DNA from: a virus
Taxonomy: Duplodnaviria; Heunggongvirae; Uroviricota; Caudoviricetes
DNA length: 33,600 nt
Direction: 5' to 3' (one strand)
Virus record (IMG/VR): IMGVR_UViG_2534681900_000010
A program made the translations under genes and the position numbers. The notes beneath the pieces are model-generated. The model was not told where the DNA came from. It saw only the letters and a list, made by a program, of their open reading frames with translations, and searched no databases. Below, in pieces: positions 8,278 to 17,066 of the stretch. How positions within the stretch are numbered: position 1 is the stretch's first letter; each line of letters begins with the position of its first letter.

Positions 8278-9423
8278 TCACTCCATATTTTCATCTTCAT
8301 TTTCATCTTCGTCGACAATATTTTCTGGAATGTCTTTCCCAAGCAACTTGTTTTTTACATATTCAATGCGTGCTTTAACTTTGGGTTTAGAGTTGCTGGC
8401 ATCTGAACGTGTGTGCGTGATAAACTCTTTCGAGTTGATCCAGTCATCAATATTTTTAGGAACTAAATTGGGTTCTTCCTCTAGTGCTAATGTTGCACCG
8501 ACGGCAAGAGCTTCGAAACGAATCCTAGGAACAGTGGTGGCGTTTTTCACCTTTCTGAAACCATTTGGGAAATGTGTATTAATGAATTGGCTCATTTTAT
8601 GAAATTTTTCCGCCAGCATAGCTGCGTTTTCATCTGTATATTCGGCATTTTTACGTTTTAAATAGGTTGTAAGAAATTCATCAACGCTTTTTCTGAAATC
8701 AAGATATTCTTCAGTGTAGGCAAAGTAGCGTAGTGCCAATTCTGGATATTCAGAGCGACGTTTTCTTGCATCTCCCAAAGGACAGATGCTATGAAATAGA
8801 GGATCTTCGGAAATTTCATTGATAAATGCAAGGAATGGCCCATCATGGCTACCTTGCCGTTGTTCCATTGTTGTTAGTTTTTTTCCGCCAGTATTCAGAC
8901 GGTCAAAAATTTCCCTTCTTGTCTCTTCGTCACAATGTTCTGTAAGTTCAATCATTCGAATAGTTTTTCTATCAAAACGTAGGCGACGGGGAGTACTGAA
9001 ATCAGAATATTTAAAACCATTGGCTGTGACTAATTTCTGCAGGCCTTCAAGAGTTAGTTTGTTATTGGTAAATTGGTGTAGGGTTCTTATTCGTTGGCTA
9101 CCGTCAACAATTTCAAGTCTACCTTCATTTTCACCTGAACCAATATCGGCAACGAATATGTAAGGTATAGGAAGATTTAAAAGCAGAGATTCAATGAAAC
9201 GGGATTTTTGCTTGTTGTTCCAGATAAACTCCCTTTGGTAGTCAGGTATAAAAAGCTCTGCCTCATCTTCTTCAAGACCATTCTGAAATTTGTCCACAAT
9301 AACACTTATCGGGAACTCACGTATTTCATGGTCAGTGATTTTTTGCATTTCAACTATGCTTTGATCTAAAAGCTCCTTTTCTTCTTTAGTTTTTGGGGTA
9401 TGTTCTGCTTTTTTTCTCGCCAT
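8278..9423 (-). CDS. DUF262 (ParB/GmrSD-N-like) domain protein (381 aa)
   Basis: N-terminal region ...FIPDYQREFIWNNKQKSRFIESLLLNLPIPYIFVADIGSGENEGRLEIVDGSQRIRTLHQF contains the DGxQR signature of DUF262. Acidic C-terminal tail (DEDENEDENME). RBS AGGAT about 10 nt upstream. AT-rich. Confidence 0.7.
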   Translation of the reverse strand: MARKKAEHTPKTKEEKELLDQSIVEMQKITDHEIREFPISVIVDKFQNGLEEDEAELFIPDYQREFIWNNKQKSRFIESLLLNLPIPYIFVADIGSGENEGRLEIVDGSQRIRTLHQFTNNKLTLEGLQKLVTANGFKYSDFSTPRRLRFDRKTIRMIELTEHCDEETRREIFDRLNTGGKKLTTMEQRQGSHDGPFLAFINEISEDPLFHSICPLGDARKRRSEYPELALRYFAYTEEYLDFRKSVDEFLTTYLKRKNAEYTDENAAMLAEKFHKMSQFINTHFPNGFRKVKNATTVPRIRFEALAVGATLALEEEPNLVPKNIDDWINSKEFITHTRSDASNSKPKVKARIEYVKNKLLGKDIPENIVDEDENEDENME

Positions 9424-9450
9424 GAGCTTATTATCCTACTATGCGTGTGA

Positions 9451-9539
9451 TTGCATTAAATTGCATGTTAAACAAAAGCATAATCTATATCAGTCAATCA
9501 GCCAGTGGCAAGGTGTTGTGATTACAATGCAACTGCATT
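9451..9539. promoter_or_regulatory. TGCAT-containing direct and inverted repeats upstream of the DUF262 operon
   Basis: TTGCAT at 9451-9456 and 9461-9466, one helical turn apart; inverted repeat AATGCA-AC-TGCATT at 9526-9539. Sits between the operon start (9423) and cos. Confidence 0.3.
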
Positions 9540-9562
9540 AGAACCGACTCATGAAGCGGGCG

Positions 9563-9581
9563 GGCGAGGCGGGGAAAGCAC
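9563..9581. other. cos site (19-nt cohesive-end sequence, P2-type)
   Basis: GGCGAGGCGGGGAAAGCAC matches the P2 cohesive-end sequence as recalled, at the expected place just past the Q 3' end. Confidence 0.75.
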
Positions 9582-9723
9582 TGCGCGCTGGCGGTGGTGC
9601 TGATTTTATTTTTTCAGCGTCTGAGCGCGTCGTGAAGGCGTTTACTTGGCCTGCTGGGGCGTTGGTGTGTCTGCGGGATTTTTTGTGCGGTGATGAGCGT
9701 GTGAGGGCGTGATGACGGGGTGT

Positions 9724-9745
9724 AAAAAAGCCGCCCGCAGGCGGC
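9724..9745 (-). terminator. Rho-independent terminator downstream of Q
   Basis: Hairpin GCCGCC-cgca-GGCGGC flanked on the plus strand by an A6 run, which is a T-run on the minus strand, immediately past the Q stop. Confidence 0.6.
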
Positions 9746-9750
9746 GATGT

Positions 9751-10785
9751 TCAGTCGTTGTCAGTGTCCAGTGAGTAGTTTTTAAAGCGGATGACCTCCT
9801 GACCGAGCCAGCCGTTTATCTCGCGGATCCTGTCCTGTAGCGGGATAAGCTCATTGCGGACAAAGACCTTTGCCACTTTCTCAATATCACCCAGCGACCC
9901 GACGTTCTCCGGCTTGCCGCCCATCAACTGAAAGGGGATGCGGTGCGCGTCCAGCAGGTCAGCGGCACTGGCTTTTTTGATATTAAAAAAATCGTCCTTC
10001 GTCGCCACTTCACTGAGGGGGATAATTTTAATGCCGTCGGCTTTCCCCTGCGGGGCATAGAGAAACAGATTTTTAAAGTTATTGCGGCCTTTCGACTTAA
10101 CCATGTTTTCGCGAAGCATTTCGATATCGTTGCGATCCTGCACGGCATCGGTGACGTACATGATGTATCCGGCATGTGCGCCATTTTCGTAATATTTGCG
10201 GCGGAACAGCGTGGCCGACTCATTCAGCCAGGCAGAGTTAAGGGCGCTGAGATATTCCGGCAGGCCGTACAGCTCCTGATTAATATCCGGCTCCAGCAGG
10301 TGAAACACGGAGCCGGGCGTGAAGGCTGTCGGCTCGTTGAAGGACGGCACCCACCAGTAAACATCCTCCTCCACACCACGGCGGGTATATTTTGCCGGTG
10401 AGGTTTCCAGTCTGATGACCTTACCGGTGGTGCTGTAACGCTTTTCCAGAAACGCATTACCGAACACGAGAAAATCCAGCACAAAGCGGCTGAAATCCTG
10501 TTGCGAAAGCCACGGATGCGGGATAAATGTCGAGGCCAGAATATTGCGTTTGACGTAAATCGGCGAGCTGTGATGCACGGCAGCACGCAGGCTTTTCGCC
10601 AGACCGGTAAAGCTGACCGGCGGCTCATACCATCTGCCGTTACTGATGCACTCGACGTAATCCAGAATGTCACGGCGGTCGAGTACCGGCACCGGCTCAC
10701 CAAAGGTGAATGCCTCCATTTTCGGGGCGCTGGCGGTCATTTTTTTTGCCGCAGGTTGCGGTGTTTTCCCTTTTTTCTTACTCAT
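9751..10785 (-). CDS. Q: Portal (capsid vertex) protein
   Basis: 344 aa, the size recalled for P2 gpQ. Adjacent to cos and divergent from O. Start overlaps the P stop. Confidence 0.9.
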   Translation of the reverse strand: MSKKKGKTPQPAAKKMTASAPKMEAFTFGEPVPVLDRRDILDYVECISNGRWYEPPVSFTGLAKSLRAAVHHSSPIYVKRNILASTFIPHPWLSQQDFSRFVLDFLVFGNAFLEKRYSTTGKVIRLETSPAKYTRRGVEEDVYWWVPSFNEPTAFTPGSVFHLLEPDINQELYGLPEYLSALNSAWLNESATLFRRKYYENGAHAGYIMYVTDAVQDRNDIEMLRENMVKSKGRNNFKNLFLYAPQGKADGIKIIPLSEVATKDDFFNIKKASAADLLDAHRIPFQLMGGKPENVGSLGDIEKVAKVFVRNELIPLQDRIREINGWLGQEVIRFKNYSLDTDND

Positions 10786-12557
10786 CAGTAAAACTCCAGA
10801 ATGGTGGATGTCAGCGGGGTGCTGATACCGGCGGTGAGTGGCTCATTTAACAGGGCGTGCATGGTCGCCCAGGCGAGGTCGGCGTGGCTGGCTTCCTCGC
10901 TGCGGCTGGCCTCATAGGTGGCGCTGCGTCCGCTGCTGGTCATGGTCTTGCGGATAGCCATAAACGAGCTGGTGATGTCGGTGGCGCTGACGTCATATTC
11001 CAGACAGCCACGGCGGATAACGTCTTTTGCCTTGAGCACCATTGCGGTTTTCATTTCCGGTGTGTAGCGGATATCGCGCGCGGCGGGATAGAACGAGCGC
11101 ACGAGCTGGAACACGCCGACACCGAGGCCGGTGGCATCAATACCGATGTATTCGACGTTGTATTTTTCGGTGAGTTTGCGGATGGATTCAGCCTGAGTGG
11201 CAAAGTCCATGCCTTTCCACTGGTGACGCTCAAGTATTCTGAATTTGCCACCGGCCACCACCGGCGGTGCCAGCACCACGCATCCGGCACTGTCGCCACG
11301 GTGTGACGGGTCGTAACCAATCCATACCGGGCGGGAGCCGAACGGATTCGCGGCAAACGGCGCATAGTCTTCCCATTCTTCCAGCGTGTCGACCATGCAG
11401 CGTTGCAGCTCCTCGAACGGGAACACCGACGCCTTGTCGTCAACAAATTCACACATGAACAGGTTTTTAAAATCGTCGGCGCTGTTTTCGCGTTTAAGCT
11501 GCTCAATGTCGAACAATGTGCAGCCGCCTTTCAGGGCGTCCTCAATGGTGACAATCTGCCGCCACTGGCCGTCCGCACAGAGAAGCCCACCGGCAAGGGC
11601 GTTATGACTGACGTCGATTTCCACGCGTTCGGCGGCGCTGGCGCGTCCCCGGTTAAACAGTTCACCGGACCAGAACGGGTAGGCGTCGTGCGCCAGCGTG
11701 GACGGGGTGGAGAAATAGGTCGAGCGCAGGTGACTCTGTGAGGCCATACCTGATGCCACCTTACGGAGCACCTGAAAATTCGGGATCCAGAAAATCTCGT
11801 CGACGTACAGGTCGCCGTTATGGCTCTGCGCGGTGTTGGAGTTGGTGCCGAGAAAAATCAGTTTTGCGCCGTTATTGCCGAGGACAATTGGGTCACCGGT
11901 CAGGTCAACGTCAACCAGCCGGGCAAAGGCGATGATGTATTCGCGGAACACATACGCCTGCGTTTTACTGGCCGACAGAAAAATCTGGTTATGACCGGTT
12001 TTCAGGGCGCGCAGCAGCGCCTCGCGGGAAAAATAAAATGTCGCGCCAATCTGGCGGGATTTCAGGATATCGCGGATGCGGTGCTCAAGCCCGGCGCGAT
12101 ACCAGTGCAACTGATAGTCGAAAGACTGCTCAAAGAAAATCTGCTCCAGCTTTTCGATGGCTTCGTCACTGAAAAAATTCTTTTTCGGTTTGCGCCGCCC
12201 GCCTTTGTTGCGGTTAGCGACGTTCGGATTAAGGTCTGCCTCGTTGCCGGTCTGGCTGTAGCGATTTACCCGTGCCAGTCGTTCAATCTGGCGTCCCAGC
12301 AGGTCAATTTCCTTGAAGTCACCGCCGGTTTTCTGCGGTTTGATGATGAGCTGGGTCAGCCGCGCTTCCAGGCTCATTTCGACACGGCTGATGGGGGCAA
12401 CGCTGTCCCAGCCGTCGCGCTGTTTCCAGCTCTGCACCGTCGGGCGTTTCATCTGCAACATGGCGGCAATCTGCGGCACGGAAAACCCCTGCCAGTACAG
12501 CAGTGCCGCCTGACGACGCGGGTCGTGTAAAAGAGTGGTGTCTGTGGTGATGGTCAT
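10785..12557 (-). CDS. P: Terminase large (ATPase) subunit
   Basis: About 590-aa product upstream of Q on the minus strand. Start taken at the ATG at 12555-12557 (MTITTD...); an alternative start is 12587. Confidence 0.9.
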   Translation of the reverse strand: MTITTDTTLLHDPRRQAALLYWQGFSVPQIAAMLQMKRPTVQSWKQRDGWDSVAPISRVEMSLEARLTQLIIKPQKTGGDFKEIDLLGRQIERLARVNRYSQTGNEADLNPNVANRNKGGRRKPKKNFFSDEAIEKLEQIFFEQSFDYQLHWYRAGLEHRIRDILKSRQIGATFYFSREALLRALKTGHNQIFLSASKTQAYVFREYIIAFARLVDVDLTGDPIVLGNNGAKLIFLGTNSNTAQSHNGDLYVDEIFWIPNFQVLRKVASGMASQSHLRSTYFSTPSTLAHDAYPFWSGELFNRGRASAAERVEIDVSHNALAGGLLCADGQWRQIVTIEDALKGGCTLFDIEQLKRENSADDFKNLFMCEFVDDKASVFPFEELQRCMVDTLEEWEDYAPFAANPFGSRPVWIGYDPSHRGDSAGCVVLAPPVVAGGKFRILERHQWKGMDFATQAESIRKLTEKYNVEYIGIDATGLGVGVFQLVRSFYPAARDIRYTPEMKTAMVLKAKDVIRRGCLEYDVSATDITSSFMAIRKTMTSSGRSATYEASRSEEASHADLAWATMHALLNEPLTAGISTPLTSTILEFY

Positions 12558-12730
12558 GAATACCTCGCCGTGATGAATACACGGCAAGGCTACTGAGTCG
12601 CGCCCCGCGATTCGCTAAGGTGCTGTTGTGTCAGTGATAAGCCATCCGGGACTGATGGCGGAGGATGCGCATCGTCGGGAAACTGATGCCGACATGTGAC
12701 TCCTCTAATCACTATTCAGGACTCCTGACA
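12558..12730. promoter_or_regulatory. Divergent late promoter region (P operon leftward, O operon rightward)
   Basis: Intergenic region between divergent P and O. In P2 these are Ogr-activated late promoters. Specific sites not resolved. Confidence 0.5.
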
Positions 12731-13585
12731 ATGGCAAAAAAAGTCTCAAAATTCTTTCGTATCGGAGTTGAGGGTGACACCTGTGACGGGCGTGTCATCA
12801 GTGCGCAGGATATTCAGGAAATGGCCGAAACCTTTGACCCGCGAGTCTATGGTTGCCGCATTAACCTGGAACATCTGCGCGGCATCCTGCCTGACGGTAT
12901 TTTTAAGCGTTATGGCGATGTGGCCGAACTGAAGGCCGAAAAGATTGACGATGATTCGGCGCTGAAAGGCAAATGGGCGCTGTTTGCGAAAATCACCCCG
13001 ACCGATGACCTTATCGCGATGAACAAGGCTGCGCAGAAGGTCTACACCTCAATGGAAATTCAGCCGAACTTTGCCAACACCGGCAAATGTTATCTGGTGG
13101 GGCTGGCCGTCACCGATGACCCGGCAAGCCTCGGCACGGAATACCTGGAATTCTGCCGCACGGCAAAACATAACCCCCTGAACCGCTTCAAATTAAGCCC
13201 TGAAAACCTGATTTCAGTGGCAACGCCTGTTGAGCTGGAATTTGAAGACCTGCCTGAAACCGTGTTCACCGCCCTGACCGAAAAGGTGAAATCCATTTTT
13301 GGCCGCAAACAGGCCAGCGATGACGCCCGTCTGAATGACGTGCATGAAGCGGTGACCGCTGTTGCTGAACATGTGCAGGAAAAACTGAGTGCCACTGAGC
13401 AGCGCCTCGCTGAGATGGAAACCGCCTTTTCCGCACTTAAGCAGGATGTAGCTGACAGGGCGGATGAAACCAGCCAGGCATTCACCCGCCTGAAAAACAG
13501 TCTCGACCACACCGAAAGTCTGACCCAGCAGCGCCGCAGCAAGGCCACCGGTGGTGGCGGTGACGCCCTGATGACGAACTGCTGA
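12731..13585 (+). CDS. O: Capsid scaffolding protein
   Basis: 284-aa product starting MAKKVSKFFRIGVEGDTCDGR..., the size recalled for P2 gpO. ORF-track ORF trimmed to the ATG at 12731. Confidence 0.9.
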   Translation: MAKKVSKFFRIGVEGDTCDGRVISAQDIQEMAETFDPRVYGCRINLEHLRGILPDGIFKRYGDVAELKAEKIDDDSALKGKWALFAKITPTDDLIAMNKAAQKVYTSMEIQPNFANTGKCYLVGLAVTDDPASLGTEYLEFCRTAKHNPLNRFKLSPENLISVATPVELEFEDLPETVFTALTEKVKSIFGRKQASDDARLNDVHEAVTAVAEHVQEKLSATEQRLAEMETAFSALKQDVADRADETSQAFTRLKNSLDHTESLTQQRRSKATGGGGDALMTNC

Positions 13586-13643
13586 CCGGCATCAGTCAGT
13601 CCGGGAAAACCTTCACGATTAACCCTTAATTTCAGGAAAAACT

Positions 13644-14717
13644 ATGCGCCAGGAAACCCGCTTTAAATTTAATGCTTACCTGTCCCGTGTTGCCGAACTG
13701 AACGGCATCGACGCCGGTGATGTGTCGAAAAAATTCACCGTTGAACCGTCGGTCACCCAGACCCTGATGAACACCATGCAGGAGTCCTCTGACTTTCTGA
13801 CCCGCATCAACATTGTGCCGGTCAGCGAAATGAAAGGGGAAAAAATTGGCATCGGCGTCACCGGCTCCATCGCCAGCACCACCGACACCGCCGGTGGCAC
13901 CGAGCGTCAGCCGAAGGACTTCTCGAAGCTGGCGTCCAACAAGTACGAATGCGACCAGATTAACTTCGATTTTTATATCCGCTACAAAACGCTGGACCTG
14001 TGGGCGCGTTATCAGGATTTCCAGCTCCGTATCCGTAACGCCATTATCAAACGCCAGTCCCTTGATTTCATCATGGCCGGTTTTAACGGCGTGAAGCGTG
14101 CCGAAACCTCTGACCGCAGCAGTAATCCGATGCTGCAGGATGTGGCGGTCGGCTGGCTGCAGAAATACCGCAATGAAGCTCCGGCGCGCGTGATGAGCAA
14201 GGTCACTGACGAGGAAGGGCACACCACCTCTGAGGTCATCCGCGTGGGCAAGGGCGGTGATTATGCCAGCCTTGACGCACTGGTGATGGATGCGACCAAC
14301 AACCTGATTGAGCCGTGGTATCAGGAAGACCCTGACCTTGTGGTGATTGTGGGACGTCAGCTACTGGCGGACAAGTATTTTCCCATCGTCAACAAGGAGC
14401 AGGACAACAGCGAAATGCTGGCCGCTGACGTCATCATCAGTCAGAAACGCATCGGTAACCTGCCGGCGGTACGCGTCCCGTACTTCCCGGCGGATGCGAT
14501 GCTCATCACGAAGCTGGAAAACCTGTCCATCTACTACATGGATGACAGCCATCGCCGCGTGATTGAGGAAAACCCGAAACTCGACCGCGTGGAGAACTAC
14601 GAGTCAATGAACATTGATTACGTGGTGGAAGACTACGCCGCCGGTTGTCTGGTGGAAAAAATTAAGGTCGGTGATTTCTCCACACCGGCTAAGGCGACCG
14701 CAGAGCCGGGAGCGTAA
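13644..14717 (+). CDS. N: Major capsid protein
   Basis: 357 aa, the size recalled for P2 gpN, at the conserved position after O. Confidence 0.9.
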   Translation: MRQETRFKFNAYLSRVAELNGIDAGDVSKKFTVEPSVTQTLMNTMQESSDFLTRINIVPVSEMKGEKIGIGVTGSIASTTDTAGGTERQPKDFSKLASNKYECDQINFDFYIRYKTLDLWARYQDFQLRIRNAIIKRQSLDFIMAGFNGVKRAETSDRSSNPMLQDVAVGWLQKYRNEAPARVMSKVTDEEGHTTSEVIRVGKGGDYASLDALVMDATNNLIEPWYQEDPDLVVIVGRQLLADKYFPIVNKEQDNSEMLAADVIISQKRIGNLPAVRVPYFPADAMLITKLENLSIYYMDDSHRRVIEENPKLDRVENYESMNIDYVVEDYAAGCLVEKIKVGDFSTPAKATAEPGA

Positions 14718-14720
14718 CCG

Positions 14721-15458
14721 ATGACGAGTCCCGCACAGCGCCACATGATGCGGGTCTCGGCAGCGATGACCGCGCAGCGGGAAGCCGCCCCGCTGCGACA
14801 TGCAACTGTCTATGAGCAGATGCTGGTTAAGCTCGCCGCAGACCAGCGCACACTGAAAGCAATTTATTCAAAAGAGCTGAAGGCCGCGAAAAAACGCGAA
14901 CTGCTGCCGTTCTGGTTGCCGTGGGTGAACGGCGTGCTGGAGCAGGGCAAAGGTGCACAGGATGACATTCTGATGACGGTCATGCTGTGGCGTCTGGATA
15001 CCGGCGATATTGCCGGTGCGCTGGAGATTGCCCGTTATGCCCTGAAGTACGGTCTGACCATGCCGGGTAAACACCGCCGCACCCCGCCGTACATGTTCAC
15101 CGAGGAGGTGGCGCTTGCGGCCATGCGCGCTCACGCTGCCGGTGAGTCTGTGGATCCCCGCCTGCTGACGGACACCCTTGAACTGACCGCCACGGCTGAC
15201 ATGCCTGATGAAGTGCGCGCAAAGCTGCACAAAATCACCGGTCTGTTTCTGCGTGACGGTGGTGATGCCGCAGGTGCGCTGGCACACCTGCAACGTGCGA
15301 CACAGCTCGACTGTCAGGCAGGCGTCAAAAAAGAGATTGAACGACTGGAGCGGGAGCTGAAACCGAAGCCGGAGCCAAAAGCGGTCACCCGCGCCCCGCG
15401 TAAGACCCGGAGTGCGACACCGGCAAAACGTGGACGCCCGAAAAAGAAAGCCAGTTAA
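14721..15458 (+). CDS. M: Terminase small / endonuclease subunit
   Basis: 245 aa at the P2 gpM position; basic Lys/Arg-rich C-terminal tail. Confidence 0.85.
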   Translation: MTSPAQRHMMRVSAAMTAQREAAPLRHATVYEQMLVKLAADQRTLKAIYSKELKAAKKRELLPFWLPWVNGVLEQGKGAQDDILMTVMLWRLDTGDIAGALEIARYALKYGLTMPGKHRRTPPYMFTEEVALAAMRAHAAGESVDPRLLTDTLELTATADMPDEVRAKLHKITGLFLRDGGDAAGALAHLQRATQLDCQAGVKKEIERLERELKPKPEPKAVTRAPRKTRSATPAKRGRPKKKAS

Positions 15459-15557
15459 CAACCGAATGTGCCCCGCGCCAGGGCGGCACGCCGGTCAGTG
15501 AGGGTGAATCACCTGACACTGCACCGGCGTCCACCGCCCGACTTTTCAGAGGTAGTC

Positions 15558-16067
15558 ATGATGACGCTGATTATTCCGCGAAAGGAGGCTCCCGTGTCCG
15601 GTGAGGGTACGGTGGTCATCCCGCAACCGGCAGGCGACGAGCCGGTGATTAAAAACACGTTCTTTTTTCCCGATATCGACCCGAAGCGCGTCCGGGAACG
15701 TATGCGCCTTGAGCAGACCGTCGCCCCCGCCCGTCTGCGTGAGGCCATCAAGTCAGGCATGGCGGAGACGAATGCGGAGCTGTACGAGTACCGCGAACAG
15801 AAAATTGCTGCCGGTTTTTCGCGTCTGGCTGACGTCCCGGCGGACGATATCGACGGTGAAAGCATCAAAGTTTTTTACTACGAGCGCGCCGTGTGTGCGA
15901 TGGCGACCGCGTCGCTTTATGAGCGTTATCGCGGCGTGGATGCCAGTGCGAAAGGCGATAAAAAGGCCGACAGCATAGACAGCACCATTGATGAGCTGTG
16001 GCGGGATATGCGCTGGGCAGTGGCGCGCATCCAGGACAAGCCGCGCTGCATCGTGAGTCAAATCTGA
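15558..16067 (+). CDS. L: Capsid completion protein
   Basis: 169 aa from the ATG at 15558 (RBS AGAGG), the size recalled for P2 gpL. Confidence 0.8.
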   Translation: MMTLIIPRKEAPVSGEGTVVIPQPAGDEPVIKNTFFFPDIDPKRVRERMRLEQTVAPARLREAIKSGMAETNAELYEYREQKIAAGFSRLADVPADDIDGESIKVFYYERAVCAMATASLYERYRGVDASAKGDKKADSIDSTIDELWRDMRWAVARIQDKPRCIVSQI

Positions 16068-16270
16068 TGAAGACCTTTGCGCTACAGGGCGACACGCTCG
16101 ACGCCATTTGTGTCCGGTATTACGAGCGCACTGAGGGCGTGGTCGAGGCCGTGCTCGCCGCAAATCCGGGACTGGCTGAACTGGGGGCGGTGCTGCCGCA
16201 CGGCACCGCCGTCGAACTGCCCGACGTTCAGACCGCGCCCGTGGCTGAAACTGTCAATCTGTGGGAGTAA
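16067..16270 (+). CDS. X: Tail protein X (LysM-like)
   Basis: 67-aa product MKTFALQGDTLDAICVRYYERTEG..., with the ATG overlapping the L stop (TGATG). Confidence 0.8.
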   Translation: MKTFALQGDTLDAICVRYYERTEGVVEAVLAANPGLAELGAVLPHGTAVELPDVQTAPVAETVNLWE

Positions 16271-16273
16271 CGC

Positions 16274-16555
16274 ATGACAGCAGAAGAAAAAAGCGTCCTG
16301 TCGCTTTTCATGATTGGGGTGCTGATTGTTGTCGGCAAGGTGCTTGCCGGTGGTGAACCCATCACCCCGCGTCTGTTTATCGGGCGCATGTTGCTCGGTG
16401 GTTTTGTCTCGATGGTTGCCGGTGTTGTTCTGGTGCAGTTTCCTGACCTGTCACTGCCTGCGGTGTGCGGCATCGGCTCCATGCTGGGTATCGCCGGTTA
16501 TCAGGTGATTGAGATTGCCATTCAGCGCCGCTTTAAGGGCAGGGGGAAACCGTAA
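16274..16555 (+). CDS. Y: Holin
   Basis: 93-aa protein with hydrophobic transmembrane segments, first gene of the lysis cassette. Confidence 0.85.
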   Translation: MTAEEKSVLSLFMIGVLIVVGKVLAGGEPITPRLFIGRMLLGGFVSMVAGVVLVQFPDLSLPAVCGIGSMLGIAGYQVIEIAIQRRFKGRGKP

Positions 16556-17052
16556 TGCCGGTAATTAACACGCATCAGAATATCGCCGCCTTTCTCGACA
16601 TGCTGGCCGTGTCCGAAGGGACGGCGAATCATCCGCTGACGAAAAACCGGGGCTATGACGTGATAGTCACCGGACTGGACGGAAAGCCGGAAATTTTCAC
16701 CGACTACAGTGACCACCCGTTCGCGCATGGCCGACCGGCGAAGGTGTTTAACCGTCGCGGTGAAAAATCCACGGCCTCCGGTCGCTATCAGCAGCTTTAC
16801 CTGTTCTGGCCGCACTACCGCAAACAGCTTGCCCTGCCGGATTTCAGTCCGTTGTCACAGGACAGGCTCGCCATTCAGTTGATCCGCGAACGCGGTGCAC
16901 TGGATGACATCCGGGCGGGACGCATTGAGCGCGCCATTTCACGCTGTCGCAATATCTGGGCGTCCCTGCCGGGTGCCGGTTACGGTCAGCGTGAGCATTC
17001 ACTGGAAAAACTGGTCACCGTCTGGCGTACCGCCGGCGGCGTACCGGCTTAA
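16555..17052 (+). CDS. K: Endolysin (phage lysozyme)
   Basis: 165 aa at the P2 gpK position directly after the holin. Confidence 0.85.
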   Translation: MPVINTHQNIAAFLDMLAVSEGTANHPLTKNRGYDVIVTGLDGKPEIFTDYSDHPFAHGRPAKVFNRRGEKSTASGRYQQLYLFWPHYRKQLALPDFSPLSQDRLAIQLIRERGALDDIRAGRIERAISRCRNIWASLPGAGYGQREHSLEKLVTVWRTAGGVPA

Positions 17053-17066
17053 ACGGAGTAAACACC

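Noticed and set aside
8252-8602. Ser-rich 116-aa plus-strand ORF antisense to the DUF262 gene (and the similar ORF 8197..8406)
   Set aside because: Antisense to a motif-supported CDS; low-complexity S/F-rich translation of AT-rich DNA; no RBS.
9924-12587. Numerous overlapping ORFs on both strands within Q and P (for example 9943..10401, 10224..10703, 10857..11306, 11820..12530)
   Set aside because: All are nested within or antisense to the portal and terminase genes and have Arg/Ala/Gly-rich compositions characteristic of spurious frames in GC-rich coding DNA.
12558-12730. Specific Ogr-binding TGT-N12-ACA sites in the late promoter regions (also 18926..18991 and 25760..25858)
   Set aside because: Only imperfect matches are seen by eye (for example TGT-N12-ACC upstream of V); I could not place exact sites without alignment to characterised P2 late promoters, so only the regions are annotated.
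13090-16482. Antisense and off-frame ORFs inside the O, N, M, L, X and Y region (for example 13632..14222, 14868..15461, 15753..16163)
   Set aside because: They overlap conserved capsid and packaging genes with P2-like order and sizes; none has an independent RBS or motif.
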